This document shows positions 1-7,421 of a DNA stretch of 10,034 nt, piece after piece. Location: the NCBI GenBank assembly GCA_037481775.1, contig JBBFKZ010000033.1:1-10034 (forward strand), in the 5' to 3' direction. The DNA is from Candidatus Bathyarchaeia archaeon. GTDB taxonomy: Archaea > Thermoproteota > Bathyarchaeia > Bathyarchaeales > Bathycorpusculaceae. Under the pieces are notes generated by a model, which did not search any database, was not told where the DNA came from, and saw only the letters and a program-made list of their open reading frames with translations. Each line of letters starts with the position of its first letter. Positions within the stretch are counted from its first letter, which is position 1. Made by a program: the position numbers and the translations under genes.

Positions 1-1306
1 AAATAAACATGCCATCGTCGATTATGAACTCGTCAGGCAAAGCTATTTTCGGATAAACCCCGAGTTTTCTTGGATCAGTTATTTCGCCATATATAGCCGA
101 AGCCACCGCTGTCTCTGGACTTACCAGATATACTTTGGCGCTTTGGGTTCCAGACCTGCCTTTAAAGTTCCTGTTGAAAGTTCTAAGAGACACCCCGTCA
201 GTCGGCGGCGCTTGGCCTATTCCGATACACGGGCCGCAAGCATTTTCAAGTATTCTGGCGCCGGCACGGATAATATCCAGAAGCTCGCCTGTAGCCGCGA
301 GATTTTCCAGCACTTGCCTTGAGCCCGGCGAGATGGTGAGGCTCACGCGGTCACTGATTTTCTTGCCCTTCAAGAGAGCAGCTACCATTTTCAAGTCGCG
401 AAGTGAAGAATTCGTGCAGCTACCAATGCAAATCTGATCCACGGGCGTACCTTCAAGTTCGCTTACGGCTTTCACGTTGTCTGGGCTGTGAGGCAAAGCT
501 ATTAGCGGCTCAATTTCGCCGAGATTTAAGTCAAGCACCTCGCTGTATTTAGCGTTATCATCTGCCTTAAGCTCAATCCAATGATCTTCCCTTTTCTGGC
601 TCTTCAAAAAGGCTCTTGTCACTTCGTCTGAAGGAAAAATCGAGGTGGTCGCGCCTGTTTCAGTGCCCATGTTAGCGATTGTGCCACGTTCAGGAACACT
701 TAGAGTTTTGACGCCTGGACCATAATACTCCAAAATCTTGTTTAAACCGCCTTTAACGGTTAGCTTCTTCAGAACAGCCAGTATCACATCTTTAGCTGAA
801 ACAAACGGCGAAAGCGCGCCGGTCAGCTTCACGCCCAAGATGTTGGGCATATCCAAATAGAAGGGTTCACCAGCCATTGCAGCAGCCACATCAAGCCCTC
901 CTGCGCCTATGGCAATCATACCTACGCCGCCGGCGGTAGGCGTGTGGCTATCGCTGCCAAGCAACGTGTAACCTGGCCGAGCAAACCGCTCAAGATAGAG
1001 CTGGTGGCATATGCCGTTGCCTGGTCGCGAAAAAACAATGCCATATTTGGCGGCTACATCCTGAAGATAGCGGTGATCATCAGCGTTTCTGAAATCGTTT
1101 TGCAGCATGTTGTGGTCAACGAAGCTTAAGCTTAACTTGGTTTTTACACGCGACGCGCCCATAGCCTCAAACTCGAGATACGCCAGCGTACCAGTAGAAT
1201 CTTGAGTAAGAGTGTGATCTATCCTTAAGCCGACTTGTTCGCCAGGATCCATTTTCCCTTCAACTAGGTGTGCCGCAATGATTTTTTCGGCGAGACTTTG
1301 GCCCAT
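1..1306 (-). CDS. acn: Aconitate hydratase (single-chain, Aquifex/archaeal-type aconitase family), 3' end runs off the window
   Basis: Manual translation from ATG at 1306 gives MGQSLAEKIIAAHLVEG...DHTLTQDSTGT...FVDHN...GNGICHQ...GSDSHT...IGSCTNSS...NACGPCIG...FNRNFKGRSG...ITDPRKLGVYPKIALPDEFIIDDGMFI (435 codons, no stop seen). The three Fe-S Cys (SCTN, CGPC) and DSHT are present. Continuation past ITDP into a linker favours single-chain aconitase over LeuC/HacA. A GGAG SD lies at about 1318-1321. Confidence 0.88.
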   Translation of the reverse strand, partial: MGQSLAEKIIAAHLVEGKMDPGEQVGLRIDHTLTQDSTGTLAYLEFEAMGASRVKTKLSLSFVDHNMLQNDFRNADDHRYLQDVAAKYGIVFSRPGNGICHQLYLERFARPGYTLLGSDSHTPTAGGVGMIAIGAGGLDVAAAMAGEPFYLDMPNILGVKLTGALSPFVSAKDVILAVLKKLTVKGGLNKILEYYGPGVKTLSVPERGTIANMGTETGATTSIFPSDEVTRAFLKSQKREDHWIELKADDNAKYSEVLDLNLGEIEPLIALPHSPDNVKAVSELEGTPVDQICIGSCTNSSLRDLKMVAALLKGKKISDRVSLTISPGSRQVLENLAATGELLDIIRAGARILENACGPCIGIGQAPPTDGVSLRTFNRNFKGRSGTQSAKVYLVSPETAVASAIYGEITDPRKLGVYPKIALPDEFIIDDGMFI

Positions 1307-1518
1307 GCGCGCTTTTTCTCCTTTAAAGCTTTTTGATTGCTGATTGCTTGCGAGAAACCGTTTTTCGATTCTCAAAAAATGATTAAGACTCGGGAATTTA
1401 AATTTCACGTAATAAACTATGTTTAAATCACCATAAAAGGCATCAAATCCCACAGCCAGCGTAAATAGACAGTAAAGGTTATGGGCATCTCACTAAAATA
1501 AGAAAGTGAGGTTAAACA

Positions 1519-2295
1519 TTGTCGTTTAAAACAAAAATGGAAGAGGCATCAAAGAAGAAGCAATCCAAAATTGTTCTAGCGCTTGATTTTCCGTTTCATA
1601 CTCCTGAAGAAAGGGCGCAGCTTCTCGCAAAAGCCCAAAATGTTCTGAACGCAGTTCACCCGCACATTTGCGCTGTAAAAATTAACCATCACTTGGTTCT
1701 TCCTCTAGGCACTTTTAATGGAGTGCAAAAGCTTGTAACGCAAATTCACGAAAAAGGTCTTCTTGCGATAATGGACTGCAAATTAAACGATGTTGGCTCA
1801 ACTAACGAAGTCATAGCTGAATATTATTATGCGGCGGGATTTGACGCTTTAATCGCTAATCCGTTTATTGGGTGGGAAGAAGGATTGAAACCCGTCTTCG
1901 ACGTCGCCCATAAACATCAGCGTGGTGTAATACTTTTAACTTACATGAGCCACAAAGGTGCGAAGGAAGGTTACGGCCAGAAAATTTTCGAAGAAGAAAC
2001 AAACAGAGTAACCACACAATACCTCTCCTTCGCAGAAAAAGCCTTAAAATGGAACGCGGACGGCGTGGTAGTAGGCGCCACATACCCTGAAAAAATAAGG
2101 GAAATCCGCGAGATACTAGGTGAAAAAGTGCCGATATACTCGCCTGGAATAGGCGTTCAAGGCGGTGCGGCGGAAACAGCGCTTGCAGCCGGCGCATGTT
2201 ATCTCATAGTCGGGCGAGAAATAACACTTGCCCAAAATCCAGCAGAGACTGCTAAAAAGCTCTATGAAAGAATAAAACACGTGCGAAGTAATTAA
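1519..2295 (+). CDS. pyrF: Orotidine 5'-phosphate decarboxylase
   Basis: LALD, AVKIN, catalytic DCKLNDVGST (DxKxxDxxxT), VVGAT, SPGIGVQGG and IVGREI motifs. TTG start preceded by GTGAGGT SD at 1506-1512. Confidence 0.95.
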   Translation: MSFKTKMEEASKKKQSKIVLALDFPFHTPEERAQLLAKAQNVLNAVHPHICAVKINHHLVLPLGTFNGVQKLVTQIHEKGLLAIMDCKLNDVGSTNEVIAEYYYAAGFDALIANPFIGWEEGLKPVFDVAHKHQRGVILLTYMSHKGAKEGYGQKIFEEETNRVTTQYLSFAEKALKWNADGVVVGATYPEKIREIREILGEKVPIYSPGIGVQGGAAETALAAGACYLIVGREITLAQNPAETAKKLYERIKHVRSN

Positions 2296-2319
2296 ACGCT
2301 CTAAGCAGGGAGGGGAAGC

Positions 2320-2472
2320 TTATCTCCCGCGTTTTTCCCAGAGTTCCTTCCTTAATAAATCCCTTACTGCTGAACGGATGACTGAACTTCTGCTTGGATA
2401 CATGTTAGCTCTAACGAGCTCATCTAAACCTTCAAGGTAAGCTTCTGGTAATAGTACTGTTACAAGCTTCAA
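2320..2472 (-). CDS. Small ribbon-helix-helix (CopG/Arc/MetJ; CdrS-like) transcriptional regulator, 50 aa
   Basis: Not in the ORF track (<60 aa). TTG start at 2472, GGAGGG SD at 2479-2484, TAA at 2320-2322. Protein: MKLVTVLLPEAYLEGLDELVRANMYPSRSSVIRSAVRDLLRKELWEKRGR. It has an N-terminal beta strand, LDELV helix and YPSRSxVIRxAVRDLL helix typical of archaeal RHH proteins. Confidence 0.88.
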   Translation of the reverse strand: MKLVTVLLPEAYLEGLDELVRANMYPSRSSVIRSAVRDLLRKELWEKRGR

Positions 2473-2484
2473 AATTTTCCCTCC

Positions 2485-2530
2485 ATAACCATATTAGTGA
2501 TATAACATATGGCAAATATAAGATTAATCC
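2485..2530 (-). promoter_or_regulatory. Putative promoter/operator of the RHH gene
   Basis: TTATAT box on the minus strand at 2521-2516. Just downstream is the inverted repeat CCATAT(2489-2494)-N12-ATATGG(2507-2512). Confidence 0.45.
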
Positions 2531-3278
2531 CAAACTAAAAACAAAAACGGAAAACAGTCAGCATGTTAAAAAACATGGTGGATGTATAAAAGAGCGACAC
2601 TTCTTTTATATCGACAGTATCAATTAAGGCTACATGGAAACGGGTTAATTAAGAAAAACATTAACAAAGAACACTAGGCAAAAGGTAAATCATTCTTTTT
2701 AACAGTTTCAAATACATTTTAGAATTATTTCCGTCGCAGCATCAATAGCTAAGGGATCCTCTATAGGTTTCTGCAATGAATTTCTATTAGCTGCTAAACA
2801 CGACGGGATAAACAAGAAAAATCAAGTGAATACGCGTGTTTCCTTTTTTAGATAGCACTAGTTGGATTTGAATTTACGCAAACTCGTTTTTAGTTTTAGC
2901 TGAAAAATATGGTGTGTATGTTGTTCCAATCGCGAATTCACAGTGTATCAAAATGGTGAGTAGAAAAGTCAAAAGGGCACGCGCAAACCGAACAAACTAT
3001 ATATTAGTTTTACATGTTTTGCTTTTTAAAAGCACTTGGAAGTTTAAACAGTCGGCAGTGCGAGAAAATGAAGTGGACAGGGGTAAGCTTGAAAATTTTT
3101 GTATTTCATATTACGGTTTCCGTTGGATGTTTTCTTTTAAGTGCTGCTTGCCAACGCAATTTTCCTCGGTTTTCGTCCATAATTTCGCAGCTTAGTCGTT
3201 ATTGGAGAGAGACGCAGTGTTACGTCGTAAATATGATGCCGAAAAAGAGTTAACACGCCTATAAGGGTGAATGTGCAA

Positions 3279-4217
3279 ATGCCATTAAAGACTCTTAAAA
3301 GAGATACAAAAGATGAATTAACACTAGAGTGGTTTCTGCATGTTAAGCATTATAAATTAACTCTTGATAAGGCGCGTTGTGTAGGCTGCCAAATCTGCAG
3401 TTTGGCATGCCCAAAGGACGCCATAAAACTTGAAAAGCAGCCTAAAGTTCAAGGTCAGAAAACCAAGAAGGCTGTGGTTGATATAAACCTTGAGAAATGC
3501 AACTTCTGCGGTATATGTGATGTTTCCTGTCCCTATGGCGCCATCAAGCTAACGTTGAATGGTGACCATGTCTTATCAGTGCTTGATAAAGAAAGCTTTC
3601 CCGCGTTAATCCGTGATATAAAAGTAGATACACGCAAATGCCCCAAGGAATGCGTTGAATGCGAGAAAGCATGTCCCTTAGCGCTTATAAAAATCAGCAA
3701 GACAAGTTACGACGGAAAACCTGTTGAAGACATTGAACAATTGTCACCTGCCCAAAAGAAACGTGTGCAAATCAGCATTGACATTCAAAAAGAGTACTGT
3801 CCAACCTGTCGTGTATGCGAGTTCAAATGCGCGGCTGGCGTAATAAGAGTGCGCAAGCTGATGGAAGGCAAAATAGCAATTGATCAGCAGAAGTGCCCAG
3901 AAGGATGCACTGACTGCTTAGATGTTTGCCCCATAGCTGGCGCACTTTATCTTTCCGATAAAGATAACAAAGTTCACGTCAACGAACTTTTCTGCGTTTA
4001 CTGCGGCGCCTGCAAAGTGGTTTGTCCAGTTGACGACGCTTTAACGCTTAAGCGCACTAAGATACATCACGCGCCAGTGCGTTCTGGAGCATGGAATAAA
4101 GCCTTGGAGAAGCTTACTTCTCCGGTTGGCACGGTTAAAGAATTAAAAGCTCGCGGCTCACAAAAAGCAAAAGAAACCGTTTGCCGCCGATTTGTTCTGG
4201 AGGAGAAGATACGATGA
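3279..4217 (+). CDS. Polyferredoxin, FwdF/FmdF-like, six [4Fe-4S] motifs
   Basis: Motifs CVGCQICSLACP, CNFCGICDVSCP, CPKECVECEKACP, CPTCRVCEFKCA, CPEGCTDCLDVCP and CVYCGACKVVCP. The C-terminal KRTKIHHAPVRSGAWNKALEKL resembles the FwdF tail as I recall it. ATG 3279 is preferred over GTG 3267 because the GGTGA SD lies at 3266-3270. Confidence 0.85.
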   Translation: MPLKTLKRDTKDELTLEWFLHVKHYKLTLDKARCVGCQICSLACPKDAIKLEKQPKVQGQKTKKAVVDINLEKCNFCGICDVSCPYGAIKLTLNGDHVLSVLDKESFPALIRDIKVDTRKCPKECVECEKACPLALIKISKTSYDGKPVEDIEQLSPAQKKRVQISIDIQKEYCPTCRVCEFKCAAGVIRVRKLMEGKIAIDQQKCPEGCTDCLDVCPIAGALYLSDKDNKVHVNELFCVYCGACKVVCPVDDALTLKRTKIHHAPVRSGAWNKALEKLTSPVGTVKELKARGSQKAKETVCRRFVLEEKIR

Positions 4218-6661
4218 GCCAAACAAAAAACTCTGAAAATGAAGCACTACGCATAGGCGTTTTCATCTGTCACTGCGGTTTGAACATTGCAGGTACATTA
4301 GACATAAAAGAGCTTGTTGAATATGCTAAGACGTTGCCCGATGTTGTGTACGTGAAAGACAACAGGTACACTTGTGCTGACCCGGGCCAAGAAGAAATCA
4401 GGAAAGGCATACAGGACTACAAACTAAACAGGGTTGTTGTTGCTGCTTGCTCGCCGAGAATGCATGAAGTGACTTTTAGGCGCACCGTTTCTGAGGCTGG
4501 TTTAAACCCGTTCCTCTTTGAAATGGCGAATATACGCGAGTTCAGCTCATGGTGCCACCCAAGCACTCCCAAAGAGGCTACAGAGAGGGCTAAAGATACT
4601 ATACGTATGGCCGTGGCAAAAGCTCGGTTGTTGCTACCGCTTCAAACAATAGAGGTCCCTGTAACCAATAAAGCGCTTGTTATCGGCGGAGGCATCGCTG
4701 GTATGAATGCCGCATTAGACTTGGCAGAGATGGGTTTCAAAGTCTATCTGCTTGAAAAAAGCGAGAGCATCGGCGGGCACATGGCTGCACTGGATAAAAC
4801 GTTTCCAACACTTGACTGCTCAATCTGCATCGAAGGCCCAAAAATGGTGGATGTTGGAAGACACCCCAACATCGAGTTAATCGCCAACGCCGACTTGCTG
4901 AAAGTGGATGGCTACGTTGGCAACTTTCGAGTTAAGATTCGCAAGAACCCGCGTTACGTTTTAGAAGACAAATGCACAGGATGCGGAGAGTGCAAGGACG
5001 CTTGCCCCATAGAGTACCCGAACGAGTGGGACATGTACCTAGGAACTAGAAAAGCGATATCGGTGCCATTCGACCAAGCGGTTCCACTTATTTATACCAT
5101 AAACAAGGATTACTGCATTGAATGCTACAAGTGCGTGGATATCTGCGGAGAGAGACAAGCTATAGACTTCAATCAGAAGCCGGAGGAAATCGAGATAGAA
5201 GTGGGCGCGATAATTGTGGCCACTGGATTTGACATTTACTTGCCTTATGACATGCCGCTCCTAGGTTATGGAAAGTATCCTAACGTTATAACATCCATGG
5301 AGTTTGAGCGGCTTATTCTAGCGGCTGGTCCGACAGGCGGCAAAGTTGTTCGTGCATCAGACGGGCAAAAGCCTCATTCAGTTGCCTTCATCCAATGTGT
5401 TGGCTCACGTGACAAAAACAAGTACCCTTACTGTTCGAATTACTGCTGCATGTACACGCTTAAGCATGTAGTCCAGCTGAAAGAGAAGTACAAGCAGGAT
5501 GTGGAAGTCTACGTTTTTTACATGGACATGCGTAGCCCAGGAAAAGGCTACGAAGAGTTCTATGACCGCGCCAGAGAGCAAGGTGTGAACTTCATTCGTG
5601 GTCGCGTCAGCCGCATTGATGAAGACCCGGAAACGCATAATCTAACCATACATGCCGAAGACACTAACCTTGGCATGCCAATAGAGATAGAAGCAGAAAT
5701 GGTTGTTTTAGCTACGGCTTCCATACCAAAGAAAGGCTCCGACGAGCTTGCACGGATTCTCAACCTAACCCGCGGCGCAGACGGCTTCTTCATGGAAAGC
5801 CACCCCAAACTAAAACCCTTAGACGCGCCGACTGACGGCATATTCCTAGCCGGCGCTTGCCAAGGATTAAAGGACATACCCTACAGTGTTTCACAAGGCT
5901 GCGGCGCAGCTTCCAGAGCCGCAACGGTTATTTCTAAGCCAACATGGAAAATTGAACCCATAATCGCTGTTGTGGACGCAAACAAATGCAAAAACGTCAC
6001 AAGCAAATGCGGCATATGCGCCGAGAGATGCCCCTATGGCTCCATCAAGATAGAACCAAACAAGCCCGCGCAAGTGATAACAGCCAGCTGCCACGGCTGC
6101 GGAACATGCGTTGCCGAATGCCCCCAAGATGCTATAACTCAAATGCATTTTACAGATGCACAAATCTTAGCGCAGATACGGGCAGCACTCGAAAAGGATC
6201 CGGAAGACAAAATCTTGGCGTTCCTTTGCAACTGGTGCAGCTACGCGGGCGCCGATTTAGCGGGTACAAGCAGGTTCGAGTATCCGCCGTCTATACGTGC
6301 GATACGTGTCATGTGCTCTGGCAGAGTAGACCGTGACTTCATCCTTGAAGCGCTACGGCTTGGCGCTGGCATGGTGCTTGTTGCGGCATGTCACTTGCCC
6401 TATGACTGTCACTACATAAGTGGAAACTGGACGATGAAAGCAAGAATGGATGCACTGGCGCCGATGCTTCAGAAGCTCGGCATGAGTCCTGAAAGGTTCC
6501 GCGTAGAATACGTTTCCGCCGCTGAAGGCGTACACTTCGCTGAGCTGATTCGCGAAATAGACGCACAGAAGAAAGCATTAGGTAAAGAAAAGATTAAGGC
6601 AGAAAACGCCAAGCTAAGACCCTTAATCGAAAACATGCTGAAACGAAAGAAGCAAGGCTAA
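4214..6661 (+). CDS. hdrA: Heterodisulfide reductase subunit A fused to a C-terminal MvhD [2Fe-2S] domain (815 aa)
   Basis: N-terminal CHCGLNI/CADPG/AACSP; FAD motif VIGGGIAG; DKTFPTLDCSICI; inserted ferredoxin CTGCGECKDACP/CIECYKCVDIC; TSMEFER; QCVGSRD..YCSNYCCMYTLK; C-terminal ferredoxin; then MvhD motifs FLCNWCSYAGAD, RVMCSGRVD and CHLPYDCHY. ATG 4214 overlaps the upstream stop (ATGA) with a GGAGGAG SD at 4199-4205. Confidence 0.95.
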   Translation: MSQTKNSENEALRIGVFICHCGLNIAGTLDIKELVEYAKTLPDVVYVKDNRYTCADPGQEEIRKGIQDYKLNRVVVAACSPRMHEVTFRRTVSEAGLNPFLFEMANIREFSSWCHPSTPKEATERAKDTIRMAVAKARLLLPLQTIEVPVTNKALVIGGGIAGMNAALDLAEMGFKVYLLEKSESIGGHMAALDKTFPTLDCSICIEGPKMVDVGRHPNIELIANADLLKVDGYVGNFRVKIRKNPRYVLEDKCTGCGECKDACPIEYPNEWDMYLGTRKAISVPFDQAVPLIYTINKDYCIECYKCVDICGERQAIDFNQKPEEIEIEVGAIIVATGFDIYLPYDMPLLGYGKYPNVITSMEFERLILAAGPTGGKVVRASDGQKPHSVAFIQCVGSRDKNKYPYCSNYCCMYTLKHVVQLKEKYKQDVEVYVFYMDMRSPGKGYEEFYDRAREQGVNFIRGRVSRIDEDPETHNLTIHAEDTNLGMPIEIEAEMVVLATASIPKKGSDELARILNLTRGADGFFMESHPKLKPLDAPTDGIFLAGACQGLKDIPYSVSQGCGAASRAATVISKPTWKIEPIIAVVDANKCKNVTSKCGICAERCPYGSIKIEPNKPAQVITASCHGCGTCVAECPQDAITQMHFTDAQILAQIRAALEKDPEDKILAFLCNWCSYAGADLAGTSRFEYPPSIRAIRVMCSGRVDRDFILEALRLGAGMVLVAACHLPYDCHYISGNWTMKARMDALAPMLQKLGMSPERFRVEYVSAAEGVHFAELIREIDAQKKALGKEKIKAENAKLRPLIENMLKRKKQG

Positions 6662-6694
6662 CAAAGTTCACCACTTGACTGATTACGCCAAATC

Positions 6695-6723
6695 TTGCTT
6701 TTCTGTCTCTTTTCGCTTTTTTT
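6695..6723 (+). terminator. Pyrimidine-rich/oligo-T archaeal terminator of the polyferredoxin-hdrA operon
   Basis: T-rich tract ending in T7 (6717-6723), within the gap between convergent genes. Confidence 0.5.
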
Positions 6724-6777
6724 GACGCGGCTTGTCTCTTGCGCGTTCAGGCCCGTTAAAACTTCTGCTTTCTGCCG

Positions 6778-7290
6778 TTATTTACTGGTTAAGGCAGATA
6801 TTTTCTTAACAAATTCCTGTATGTTGCCAGCGCTTCCATAAACAAGTAGCAAACCATCATTTTGGACACGGCTTGAGAGATGTGTTTCTTCTGCGAGCTG
6901 CCGCAACTTTTCAAGAGGCACGTTTTCTAGCGGTTTAATCCGAATCCATTTTTGATCACGTGGAACCCCATAGATGAATTTTTCTTCTTTCTCAACGCTG
7001 CAGGTTTCCTGTGTGTCATATGTGGCTTCTTCAAGGCTCTTAAGCCAGCCGTCAACGCGTTCTGTCGCAAATGTTTTCTGAGCTGTATTGATAAGGTATG
7101 CTTCAACGCTGCCAAGATACTGCTCAATTTTTGCAGCTGTCTCTCGGTCATTTTCGCCTACATCCATTAGGCTAATCAGCACCTTGGCTGATTTCAAATC
7201 GCTCATGACATTCTGCGGGATTACCATACCTTTTTTCCGAAATTCCACAATTATTTCTTCCAGAATCTTCCACACAGCCAAGTAGCCCAT
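6778..7290 (-). CDS. DUF2096-like conserved archaeal protein (170 aa)
   Basis: N-terminal WKILEEIIVEFRKKGMVIP...DLKSAK, central W-LKSL, and C-terminal GVPRDQKWIRI..LLLVYG..IQEFVKKI match my recollection of DUF2096 proteins. GGGTG SD at 7295-7299. Confidence 0.7.
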   Translation of the reverse strand: MGYLAVWKILEEIIVEFRKKGMVIPQNVMSDLKSAKVLISLMDVGENDRETAAKIEQYLGSVEAYLINTAQKTFATERVDGWLKSLEEATYDTQETCSVEKEEKFIYGVPRDQKWIRIKPLENVPLEKLRQLAEETHLSSRVQNDGLLLVYGSAGNIQEFVKKISALTSK

Positions 7291-7322
7291 GACGCACCCT
7301 GCTTTTAAACTGGCCTGCGAGG

Positions 7323-7337
7323 CTTATAAAGCGTTTC
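7323..7337 (-). promoter_or_regulatory. BRE/TATA promoter for the DUF2096-like gene
   Basis: Minus strand GAAACGC-TTTATAAG, with the TATA box ending 33 nt upstream of ATG 7290. Confidence 0.6.
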
Positions 7338-7421
7338 AGCTGGCTCTGCTTTCATTTGTGCTGCTGCCTTCCAATAAGCAAACCACCTTGTGGTTCAGGA
7401 AACGCGTTTGCGAAGCCTACT

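Noticed and set aside
135-1129. Plus-strand ORFs 135-437 and 944-1129
   Set aside because: Antisense shadows of the aconitase gene with no recognisable motifs.
1-1306. LeuC/homoaconitase large-subunit call
   Set aside because: TQDSTGT and VDHN motifs plus the continuation past ITDP fit single-chain aconitase better. The C-terminus is outside the window, so this is not fully excluded.
1865-2197. Minus-strand 110-aa ORF
   Set aside because: Antisense to pyrF with atypical composition.
2914-3253. Overlapping plus-strand ORFs (93 aa and 79 aa), including a lipoprotein-like MKWTG...LSAAC reading
   Set aside because: No convincing SD, no family motifs, an imperfect lipobox, and overlap with probable promoter/leader elements.
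3258-3270. Shared TAAGGGTGA upstream of the polyferredoxin and hdrC as a co-regulatory motif
   Set aside because: Adequately explained as the archaeal Shine-Dalgarno sequence.
2473-3278. CRISPR array, tRNA or IS element in the long intergenic region
   Set aside because: No regularly spaced direct repeats, cloverleaf/T-loop motif or transposase remnant seen.
4181-4213. Upstream TTG start for hdrA (likewise GTG 3267 for the polyferredoxin)
   Set aside because: SD position and the ATGA overlap support ATG 4214; SD position supports ATG 3279.
5405-6578. Several short ORFs inside hdrA on either strand
   Set aside because: Alternative-frame or antisense shadows of a well-conserved gene.
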